Shown in pieces: positions 1-8,539 of a DNA stretch of 64,000 nucleotides. The notes below the pieces were generated by a model. That model saw only the letters and a program-made list of their open reading frames with translations. It was not told the origin of the DNA and did not search any database. The stretch's first letter is position 1, and each line of letters begins with the position of its first letter. The position numbers and the translations under genes were made by a program. The stretch comes from a virus, in IMG/VR virus record IMGVR_UViG_3300028840_002420, positions 32,001 through 96,000 of that record. One strand, given 5' to 3'.

Positions 1-570
1 GCCAAGCTCAATCAGCTGCAAGCTCCGTACATCACGAACGGAGCCAAGATGCCTCACACGCTGCAGCCAGGCAGCAAGTTCATTATTCCGATTGCCGATC
101 CGAGCAACTCGCCAGACGTGATCACGACAGGAGCGGCGGCCGTGGGGGAGTCTCAGGCGGATAAGCACCTGGGGACAGACTTCGAGCTGGTCCAGCTCAA
201 AACGGCGACAGGAGCGAAGTCCGGGACGTTCGGGTGGGCTATCGACACGGCCGGGGGTTCGACGGATGTTCGACGGATCAGCGGCTTTAAGAACATGGCT
301 CAGGCGATCGAGTCACGGTTCCGTACGGAGCGCGGAACGAACATCCTCTATCCGGCGATCGGGCTGCCTCGATTGATCGGAATCAAGGGCTTCGGTGAAA
401 CGATTGTGGAGGCGCGTTACGAGGCGCGGCGTCAGTTGTTGGCCGATCCACGCGTGTCCCGAATCGGAAAGTTCGCTTTCCGTCAAGAAAACGATGTGCT
501 GACGCTCGAGGCCGATGTTCAGCCGAAGGGGTTCAACACGACGCGTCCGATCAGTCGGACGCTCACATAG
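1..570 (+). CDS. Baseplate wedge protein, gp25/GPW-like C-terminus, preceded by a LysM-like segment (5' partial)
   Basis: Frame is open from base 1 (AKLNQLQAPYI...LQPGSKFIIP, LysM-like). C-terminal AIESRFRTERG...LLADPRV resembles gp25. Lies directly upstream of baseplate J. Confidence 0.75.
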   Translation, partial: AKLNQLQAPYITNGAKMPHTLQPGSKFIIPIADPSNSPDVITTGAAAVGESQADKHLGTDFELVQLKTATGAKSGTFGWAIDTAGGSTDVRRISGFKNMAQAIESRFRTERGTNILYPAIGLPRLIGIKGFGETIVEARYEARRQLLADPRVSRIGKFAFRQENDVLTLEADVQPKGFNTTRPISRTLT

Positions 571-582
571 CAGGAGGCCGCG

Positions 583-1974
583 ATGGGCCAATTCGCGCCG
601 AGACAGTTCGACGATATTTTGGAGCGGATGATCAACCGGGTGGTCGCGCGGTCGGATCTGAACGACATCAATGACGGCTCGAGCGTCAAGCAGGTGCTCG
701 CTGCAGCTGCCCGAGAAGATGACGATCAGTACTACCAGATGATCAACCTGCTCGATCTGTTCGACATCGCCAAGGTGATCGGCGTCGACCTGGACGAACG
801 AGCGAAGGAATTCAATCCGTCACTGATCACGCGCAACCAGGCACAGAAAGCGACTGGTGAGGTTCAGTTCAGCCGAACGGGAACCGTGGGAACGGTGACG
901 ATCCCGATCGGGACTGAGGTCGAGGTGCCGGCGACGGGAGCCGCAGATCCGATCACGTTCGTTACCACGGAGGAGGGGACGATCTCGGGCGGCTCGACTA
1001 CCTCCAACCTGGTCGACGTGGTGGCGGCCAAGGCTGGTGTGGCCGGTAATGTGGCTTTGGGGACGGTGACCGGATTCGTGTCCAAACCGAGCGGTGTGGA
1101 CTTCGTGACCAACCCGGCAGCTTTCACCAACGGGCTCGACCTGGAAAGTGATGACGCTTTCCGCGAACGGCTGCTCAACCAGATCAAGGGGCTCGCTCGA
1201 GCGCACGTGGATGGACTCGAGTCAGCAGCTCTGACGGCCGAGGATACAGCTTCGGGAAAGCGAGTGGTGTTCGCCGAAGTGGTCGAGGATACGGTCAACC
1301 TGGGGAACGTGACGGTCTATATCGACGACGGGTCCGGGACCGCGGAAAGCTCGACGGTTGTTCCGCAGTGGACCACGATTCCGCCGGGGACCGCGGTTGG
1401 TGGCGAAACGATCCTGTGGGTGCCCAACAAGCCGATTGATACGTCGGCGGCTTTCGGTCTCCGGATCAACTCGGTGCTTCAGACGGAAGGGACGGACTAC
1501 ACGCTCAATCCGGCCAACGGTCAGATCAATCTGCTACCAGCCAGCTACCCTACGGGTCTGACGGCCGGCGACGTGATCGACGGAGAGTGGACCTATTTCG
1601 ATGGGCTGATCGCGGAGTGTCAGAAGATCATCGACGGGGACGCGGCTGATCGGGTCAACTATCCGGGCTATCGCGCCGCGGGCGTACTCGTGCGGGTGCT
1701 GGCTCCGACGACTTCACAGCAGGTCGTGACAGCCAACATCACGGTGTTGCAGGGCTACGACCAGACCACCGTGGCTACCGAGGTCGCTGCCGAGATCAGC
1801 GCCTACATCAATGCTCTGGGAATCGGCGAGGACGTGATCCTCAACGAGCTGCGCGAGCGTTCGATGTCGGTACCAGGGATGTACGATATCGAATTCACGG
1901 CGCCGACCGAAAACGTGGTCATTCTGGAGAACCGGCTAGCTCGGATTTTGGCAAGCAACCTTTCGATCAACTAG
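583..1974 (+). CDS. Baseplate J/gp47-like protein
   Basis: Motifs DLDERA, RNQAQKATGEVQFSR, IPIGTEV, GVAGNV, NPAAFTNGLDLESDDAFRERL, YINALGIGEDV; SD AGGAGG. Confidence 0.92.
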   Translation: MGQFAPRQFDDILERMINRVVARSDLNDINDGSSVKQVLAAAAREDDDQYYQMINLLDLFDIAKVIGVDLDERAKEFNPSLITRNQAQKATGEVQFSRTGTVGTVTIPIGTEVEVPATGAADPITFVTTEEGTISGGSTTSNLVDVVAAKAGVAGNVALGTVTGFVSKPSGVDFVTNPAAFTNGLDLESDDAFRERLLNQIKGLARAHVDGLESAALTAEDTASGKRVVFAEVVEDTVNLGNVTVYIDDGSGTAESSTVVPQWTTIPPGTAVGGETILWVPNKPIDTSAAFGLRINSVLQTEGTDYTLNPANGQINLLPASYPTGLTAGDVIDGEWTYFDGLIAECQKIIDGDAADRVNYPGYRAAGVLVRVLAPTTSQQVVTANITVLQGYDQTTVATEVAAEISAYINALGIGEDVILNELRERSMSVPGMYDIEFTAPTENVVILENRLARILASNLSIN

Positions 1975-2358
1975 ATGGCGAGCTTGGGCAACATAAGCGA
2001 AGTCGGCGGCCACCAGCTCGAGCTGACCGGTACGTTTCCCGCGGGGACCGATTTGGAGGTGTACATAGGTCCAAGCGGGGACGAAACGGATCCCCCAGCG
2101 TATGGCGGCGAGGATCGCGGATATCGACCGGTATCCGAAGACGGCTCGAGCGTGGCTGTGGTAACGCCTCCGTTGGCGCCAGGGACGCATTCTGTCTCGT
2201 GGAGGACTGCGGGGTCCGGGAGCCCTCCGGCCGTTCTGGGGACGCTCCAGGTGCTCGAGCGTAACTGGCCGGCGAAGCTGTACATCCAGCGCAACAACTT
2301 CCCCCCGTGGACGGGCGTCGGTAGGCGGCGGCTCGAGATCGAAGGGGGCCGCTGGTGA
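1975..2358 (+). CDS. Baseplate/tail-associated protein, single IPT/Ig-like repeat domain (paralog 1)
   Basis: Abuts the baseplate J stop; domain ending ERNWP...PPW.GVGRRRLEIE is shared with the next two genes. Confidence 0.75.
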   Translation: MASLGNISEVGGHQLELTGTFPAGTDLEVYIGPSGDETDPPAYGGEDRGYRPVSEDGSSVAVVTPPLAPGTHSVSWRTAGSGSPPAVLGTLQVLERNWPAKLYIQRNNFPPWTGVGRRRLEIEGGRW

Positions 2359-3794
2359 GCAACCTTGGGATCTATGTCGCGGCGGCCGTCGTTGATGGAG
2401 GGGTCGGGGACAACTTCGGGGTTGTCCTGTTTCGAGAGCCGGGAACCAGCAACTGGGTAGAGGTCCACCGAAACACGGTGGCGCACACCAGCACGGCCGG
2501 GACAGGCTTTTGCGGAATCAGCGGACTGCCTAACGGCTCGTTTATCGTGGCTGTCGGTCAAGGGCTGTACAAAGCGTCGGTCACTCCGACGGCTGGCTGT
2601 TTGTCGTGGTTCGATGGCTTTCAGTGGCATGAAGTGACGGTGCCGGCGACGTACCGATTCACGGACGTGTACGTGCCTCAGAGAAACCTCGCCTACGTCA
2701 CAGGCTACGATACGGGCTCTCAGGGAACGGGCCGGATTTGGCGCTGGGAGGCGACCAACCCAACGGTCTTCACCGAGGTGCATTCTCGTTACGACGGTGG
2801 GGGGCCGTGGCCGAACACTTATTATCACATCAGTGGATCGGGGCTGGACAACATCTGGGTGTCGCTGGTCGTCAACAGTAACTCTGTCTACAACAAGCCG
2901 TGGGTTTCTCATTACGATGGGGTCTCATGGACCGATTACTCGATGACCCCCTACTCGAATGCGAATCTGCCGTTCATCGTGTCAGAGGATCACGGCTGGA
3001 TGCAGGGCGGCAACTTTTCTGGAGGAGACGCAGTTGTTCGACGATGGGAGCCGCCACCTGTAAGCAACTGGCCGATCATCCACAGCCACAATCCAAGCGG
3101 CAGTGAAGTCGCCTATTCGACTGTGGGGACCGACGACTACGCGCTGATCGCTGGATTCCGTGACGGGGCGAATCGCATCTATAAGTGGACGCAAGGCGGC
3201 GGGTTGGTGTCCAAGTGGGCGCAGTCCGCGTGGCGGCTTCAACGGATCGCTTTGGACCGCGATGGTCAACACGCGTTTGCGGTGGCCAACAACATCTTCA
3301 GCAACTTAGATGCTGTGTTCACCGAGTCGCTTGACGCTGGCGAGACGTGGACAGCGCTCGCCTATTTCCAGCAGTACGTCTATCGGTGGGCTGGCGGGAT
3401 CTTGTTTGCCAGCGGCTACAGTGACCTGGGTGTCGTTGCGGAAGACGGCGGCTACGAAGTCGAAATTGAGGGGACGTTTCCGATTGGGGCTCCGCTCGAA
3501 GTTTTCATGGGTCAGGATGCCGCGGATACCGATAGTCCATGCTACGGCGGTTCCGGTCGGGGCTACCAGCCGATATCGCTCGATGGGGCCACGCTGCGGG
3601 TGATCACTCCGCCGAGCTCGCTCGGGAGCCAAATTCTGAGCTGGCGTCAAGCCGGTGGTGGCGATCCGTCCCCAGTCGGAGAGCTGACGGTTATCGAGCG
3701 GAATTGGGCGCACAAACAGTTGAGCACACGGGTTTGTTATCCGCCGTGGGCTGGTGTTGGACGGAGGCGGCTTGAGATTGAGGAGCAACGCTGA
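2355..3794 (+). CDS. Virion protein: Trp/Gly-rich beta-propeller-like N-terminus plus the repeat domain (paralog 2)
   Basis: GTGA overlap. Repeated FDGFQW/HYDGVSW/SLDAGETW motifs. Last ~115 aa are homologous to 1975..2358. Confidence 0.75.
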   Translation: MSNLGIYVAAAVVDGGVGDNFGVVLFREPGTSNWVEVHRNTVAHTSTAGTGFCGISGLPNGSFIVAVGQGLYKASVTPTAGCLSWFDGFQWHEVTVPATYRFTDVYVPQRNLAYVTGYDTGSQGTGRIWRWEATNPTVFTEVHSRYDGGGPWPNTYYHISGSGLDNIWVSLVVNSNSVYNKPWVSHYDGVSWTDYSMTPYSNANLPFIVSEDHGWMQGGNFSGGDAVVRRWEPPPVSNWPIIHSHNPSGSEVAYSTVGTDDYALIAGFRDGANRIYKWTQGGGLVSKWAQSAWRLQRIALDRDGQHAFAVANNIFSNLDAVFTESLDAGETWTALAYFQQYVYRWAGGILFASGYSDLGVVAEDGGYEVEIEGTFPIGAPLEVFMGQDAADTDSPCYGGSGRGYQPISLDGATLRVITPPSSLGSQILSWRQAGGGDPSPVGELTVIERNWAHKQLSTRVCYPPWAGVGRRRLEIEEQR

Positions 3795-4261
3795 TGGCGG
3801 CAGTCGACGCGGGCATCATCGAGGAAGTCGGAGGCGAGCTGCTGACGATCGTGAATCCGTCCGTGACCTATCCGTTGGATACACCGCTGGAGGTGTTTTT
3901 GGGACCGAACGGCAACGCGACAGATCCGCAGTGTTACGGTGGGCAGGGTTACGGATATCTGCCTGAAGCGGACAACGTGACAACGCTGACGATCGTAACT
4001 CCGCCAGTTGGTGCAGGCTCACCGAGGTACGTCAGCTGGCGCGAAGAGGGCGGCGGTTCGATAGAAGTTGTTGCGGTGCTGGTCGTGCTCGAGCGTAATT
4101 GGCCTTCAAAAGGGCACGTCGCGCGGAAGTCCTATCCGCCGTGGGTGGGCATAGGAGCGCGGAGGTTGGACCTGGAGGGGCTTTCGGAAGGCGAGGAAGC
4201 CGCGGAAGCGGAACACACGTACGGCACGATTACGTACGGTACAGACACATACGGAGGCTGA
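3794..4261 (+). CDS. Baseplate/tail-associated protein, repeat domain (paralog 3)
   Basis: TGATG coupling; same LEVFLGP..D..CYGG.G.GY...ERNWP...YPPW.G.G.RRL signature. Confidence 0.75.
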   Translation: MAAVDAGIIEEVGGELLTIVNPSVTYPLDTPLEVFLGPNGNATDPQCYGGQGYGYLPEADNVTTLTIVTPPVGAGSPRYVSWREEGGGSIEVVAVLVVLERNWPSKGHVARKSYPPWVGIGARRLDLEGLSEGEEAAEAEHTYGTITYGTDTYGG

Positions 4262-4265
4262 GAGG

Positions 4266-7200
4266 ATGGCCCCTAAAAATACCCCATGGTCCACGAAACG
4301 ACCGACTGCTGACGACACGCCGGGCGTCGAGCAGCCGACACTGACTGACGATACTGTGCCGGGAGCGCTTGACGGTGATCGGGCGTTGGTTTCTCACGCG
4401 AACACGCTGCGGGACAAGATCGCTTACCTGGACACCAAGATCGAAAACTCGACGGTGCTTCCCACAGGAACGCTCGGTAGCCACGCATCTCGACACCAGA
4501 ACGGCGGCGGAGACGAGATCAGCGTTGCGGGGCTCAGTGGCGAGCTGGCCGATCCGCAGCCTCCGAAGTCTCACAGCCACACAGCATCCGATGTGACGGA
4601 CTTTGATACCGAGGTATCCAACAACGCGGACGTGGACGCCAACACGACTCACCGCGGAGCTGCGGCGCCACACAGCGGGCATGCGGCCACCAGCCATACC
4701 CACAACGAGGTCGACATTCTCGACCTGGACCACGATGATCCGACGGCCGTCCACACTGACCAGGCAAGCGAGCTGTCCGGTCTGACGGCCGAAGCTTCTC
4801 CAGCGGACACTGATCTGTTCCTGATGGAGCGGGCGAGCGATGGAGCCAAGCGGAAGGTCGAGGCTCAGAATCTGCCAGGTAGCGGAGGCGGCGGTGGAAC
4901 GTTGGCTCTGGGCGGGACGGCGGCCGAAACCATCGACATGATCGTCAAGCTGGCGACCACAACGCAGTCACACGGATCTGCGACGTGGGTAGATATCGAA
5001 TCGGGAGTGCTGACCGATACGTTCGAAGTCGAGACAGAGGGGGCGTACGACATCTTTGTCCGGCCGAATGCTTATCCAGCCAGCTCGTGGGTGGCTGGCT
5101 ACATCGGTTTGATCGTTGATGAGAGCGGATACAACGGCCATCCTGAGCAGTTGATGCGTTCAACGGACGCTTCGAACAAGCTGCTTTTAGCGACGGCTGG
5201 GCGGCCGGGCGGTACGATCAAGCTGGGAACGATCACGCTGGCAGCAGGGACGCACAAATCCGAGCTGCAGTGGTATCGGGAATCGGGCGGCGGCAACATC
5301 AATACCAACAGCGGCTCGCCGTGGCACGTGTGGGCCGTCTTTCGGCCAGCGGCACTGCCAGCGGCCGTCACAGCTCCTGGAGATCTTGATCAGCAGTCGG
5401 AACAACGAACGGCCGACCTAAATCTGTCATCCGCTTACCAGCAAGCCGCACCGTCATCGGGATCGTGGGCTTTCAATAATCTGCAGGCTGGGAGGCACAA
5501 AGTTAAAGTCAAGGTCCCGATCTACAATAGTAGTGGCGGGGCTTCAGTGCAGGTTAAGGTGGTATTCGATGCAACAGCTTCGTTAACACTTGGGGATAGT
5601 GCGGATGGGCCTGGTGAGGATTGGATCTGCCGTGCTGATGCCGGTACGAGCCAGTATGTTATTTTTGACGGTGAGCTGACTTTAGAGGCGGGAAATCATA
5701 CTGCGATCGTGTACGCCAAAGAAGTCGATGGCAGTAATGCTTATGTTTCGGGCACGTCTTCTGTCGAGGTTCCGCATTGCGTGGTTATCGTCGAACCGAT
5801 CACGGGCAGCGGTGCCCAAGGCCTGCTGCTCAGTCAAAAATCGATGGCCTCGGATGTATCGGGCATTGATGCAACGACCGTCCTTTCTGATCTTACTCAG
5901 ACTGTCCACGTAGGAAACGAAAAGATCGAGCTGACGGTTCGAATGATCGGCGATTTGCAGACTGCGCCGAACACACTGAACCTCCGTTATCGCATTGATG
6001 GAGGCAGCTGGGTATTTTTCACGAAAGAGAGCGTTGGTTCGACAGGGTATGCTCTGAGCTTGACGGCTTCTACCGTTTTGACAATGACAGTGGGGTCTTA
6101 TCTGTTCGAGTTTGGCGCGGATGTCGACGGATCTGGACCAACAGGAACGGTGCGATCTGGTTCGGAAGCGTACATAAAGCAATTTCGGGGGGGCGTGGTA
6201 GAAGTCCGCGAAGACGGAGTGCCCCAGGGTAACGCATACGGTGCGATCGATGTCCATCGGCCGCTGCGAGCTTCGCTACAAAACGACATCTTGCACCTGC
6301 GATCTGAGGGAACGGCCGAAGGAATGGCGGTCGAAACAGCGCAGCTCGCGTCAGACGTGACTATCACAGGAACGCTGACATCGCTTGCCGCGGTTACCGG
6401 CCTGGAGAAGACGATCAGCTGCGTGCCCGGTGAGCAGATCATGTTGACGTTTTCGGGTGTGCTGAAGACCGGGACCGATGCCCACACAGCGGCCGTTGGA
6501 TTCTCGGTGGATGGGACGGTTATCGACAAAATCCAAGATCCGACCTACGAAGGCCTTGTTGGGGCCGGGGAACACAGCATCAATTTTTGGAATGTCTTTT
6601 CGGCAACGCGCTGGTTCACAGCGACAGCTTCGTCGCACACAATTCGTGTGGCTGCCGGAGATAATGCGACGGCTAAGGGATCGCTGCTCGAAGGTTTCCG
6701 GATGGACGTGGCACAGTATCAAGGGGGCTACGTCGTTCCGGAAAACGTCCCGTTCCTGCAGTACAACGACGCCGACACTGTTGATGTGGTCAAGAATCCA
6801 GGAGCCAGCGATCGGTTGTGGCTGGAGCTGAGCGACGGCAAGCGCTACTACTTCGATCTTGGGACGTTGCAGGTGGATTTCACATCCAGCGGGCTTGGTG
6901 GCCTCATCGGCACGCGGACAGCCAGCAAGTGGTATCCGATTTTTGCCGTGGACAACGGCAATCAGTTTGGTGTCGTCGCCGAAGACGTTTCGCCAACTAC
7001 GTGCCCGACTGGGTACAGCGCTTTCAAGTTCCTGGGTTGGGTGTACAACGATGCCTCCGACGATATCCGCAAGTTCCATTACGTCGGAGACATGCACATC
7101 ACGACCAACGACGGGGCCACGCAGTCTCCGACGGAAGTTCTCAATACCGCGAGCCCGACCCTCGACAGCTGGACGGCTTTGACCATTAGTCACTGTGCTC

Positions 7201-8282
7201 CAAGCGGTGGCTACGATGCGTTGCTGGTTGATGGGTTCTGCCTGGGAGCCAGCGGCAAATACGCCTGGCTCGCCGTTGAAGCTACAGGCCATTCATGGGG
7301 GGCGACGCCGGGCGATAATGCGTCTGAGGCTGGCAGGGCGCTTCTGTTCCATCAGTCACTGGAGAGCGTGCACAACTCACGGCTGATTCCAGCCACGGGT
7401 GGAATTGAGTACTACTGCAAAAATCGAGGCGGCGGTAACCCGATCTATTCACAGCTTTGTCTTAGGGTGACGGGGTTCCGGGACAAGCACCTTCGGGGAA
7501 ACTACAGCCAGGCTCAGGCTAAGTTTATTCCAGATTCGCGGCTGCCAAATGGGACGTGGCAGGCTGGAGCGGCTTCTGTTGTCTTTGACGCTAAATCCGG
7601 GCAGCCGTCGACGCTGCGAGCTACGGCGCCTCAGAGTGGCACGCAGCGGACGATGAGTTTGCCGGCAACGTGGGCTATCGCAAACGGAGTCGGAAACCTC
7701 GGCTATGACGAGGCCGGCAGTCAAGGCAACAGCAAGTGGCTGTATGGTTACCTGGTAGACGACGGAAGCGGGAATTGGACGATCAAGTTTTCGGACAATC
7801 CGCCGTCGGTCGGACCTGCCGGTCACACGGATTTCATCCCGATCTACGAGACGTACATTGATGGGAGTGGGAACCTGCTGCACGTCTTCCAAAACGGGCC
7901 TAATTTCCGTCACGAAGAGCGTAAGGCGCCGTCTGCATCAAGTGGTTACGGGACGACGTTTCAGGCGCAGGCCGACCTTTCGATTTCGGATCTGGTACCA
8001 GCGACGGCTGAAGAGGCTCAGATGGCCTTGGAGATCCAAAGGGGGTCTTCCGGTCTTGGAGAAGTTGTCTATCAGCGACTGTACGTCGACGGCGAATCCA
8101 ACCCGTTTGTCGAAATCAGACAGCCGGGGCAAGCTGGATATACAACCGAGATCAGCTGTTCGATTCCATTAGCGACAGTTCAGACCGTTGAGTATGAGTC
8201 TGCGCGAAGTGGAGGAACGGCTGATTTGAGTGCACAGAAGGTGTTTGTTACTGGCTGGACATCGGGAGCGATCAAAGACTGA
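4266..8282 (+). CDS. Long tail fibre / receptor-binding protein (1338 aa)
   Basis: His-rich fibre motifs (HASRH, HSHTASDVTDF, HTHNE), serial beta-sandwich modules, duplicated C-terminal domain; tail-module position. Confidence 0.8.
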   Translation: MAPKNTPWSTKRPTADDTPGVEQPTLTDDTVPGALDGDRALVSHANTLRDKIAYLDTKIENSTVLPTGTLGSHASRHQNGGGDEISVAGLSGELADPQPPKSHSHTASDVTDFDTEVSNNADVDANTTHRGAAAPHSGHAATSHTHNEVDILDLDHDDPTAVHTDQASELSGLTAEASPADTDLFLMERASDGAKRKVEAQNLPGSGGGGGTLALGGTAAETIDMIVKLATTTQSHGSATWVDIESGVLTDTFEVETEGAYDIFVRPNAYPASSWVAGYIGLIVDESGYNGHPEQLMRSTDASNKLLLATAGRPGGTIKLGTITLAAGTHKSELQWYRESGGGNINTNSGSPWHVWAVFRPAALPAAVTAPGDLDQQSEQRTADLNLSSAYQQAAPSSGSWAFNNLQAGRHKVKVKVPIYNSSGGASVQVKVVFDATASLTLGDSADGPGEDWICRADAGTSQYVIFDGELTLEAGNHTAIVYAKEVDGSNAYVSGTSSVEVPHCVVIVEPITGSGAQGLLLSQKSMASDVSGIDATTVLSDLTQTVHVGNEKIELTVRMIGDLQTAPNTLNLRYRIDGGSWVFFTKESVGSTGYALSLTASTVLTMTVGSYLFEFGADVDGSGPTGTVRSGSEAYIKQFRGGVVEVREDGVPQGNAYGAIDVHRPLRASLQNDILHLRSEGTAEGMAVETAQLASDVTITGTLTSLAAVTGLEKTISCVPGEQIMLTFSGVLKTGTDAHTAAVGFSVDGTVIDKIQDPTYEGLVGAGEHSINFWNVFSATRWFTATASSHTIRVAAGDNATAKGSLLEGFRMDVAQYQGGYVVPENVPFLQYNDADTVDVVKNPGASDRLWLELSDGKRYYFDLGTLQVDFTSSGLGGLIGTRTASKWYPIFAVDNGNQFGVVAEDVSPTTCPTGYSAFKFLGWVYNDASDDIRKFHYVGDMHITTNDGATQSPTEVLNTASPTLDSWTALTISHCAPSGGYDALLVDGFCLGASGKYAWLAVEATGHSWGATPGDNASEAGRALLFHQSLESVHNSRLIPATGGIEYYCKNRGGGNPIYSQLCLRVTGFRDKHLRGNYSQAQAKFIPDSRLPNGTWQAGAASVVFDAKSGQPSTLRATAPQSGTQRTMSLPATWAIANGVGNLGYDEAGSQGNSKWLYGYLVDDGSGNWTIKFSDNPPSVGPAGHTDFIPIYETYIDGSGNLLHVFQNGPNFRHEERKAPSASSGYGTTFQAQADLSISDLVPATAEEAQMALEIQRGSSGLGEVVYQRLYVDGESNPFVEIRQPGQAGYTTEISCSIPLATVQTVEYESARSGGTADLSAQKVFVTGWTSGAIKD

Positions 8283-8536
8283 TGCCGCCTTCGTTAGATA
8301 AAAAAGAAAAGCCGGCCAACGAGAAGCCAGGCAAGAAGAACAAGCCCTACAAATGTCACCATCCTCAGTGTCCGGAAACGTTCGATGCGCTGCCTGATGA
8401 GAATGAGGGCTATCTAACTGAGATGGGGCACACAGCGATTCTGGTAGAATGTCCGGGCTGCCAGAGGACGATCGCGTTGGACATTGCCGACGAAGCGACG
8501 TTGCTCGACGGTGGACAGAACGACGTAGGAGAATGA
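8282..8536 (+). CDS. Small zinc-ribbon protein (CHHPQC...CPGC)
   Basis: TGATG coupling to the fibre gene; two Cys pairs. Confidence 0.6.
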   Translation: MPPSLDKKEKPANEKPGKKNKPYKCHHPQCPETFDALPDENEGYLTEMGHTAILVECPGCQRTIALDIADEATLLDGGQNDVGE

Positions 8537-8539
8537 GAG

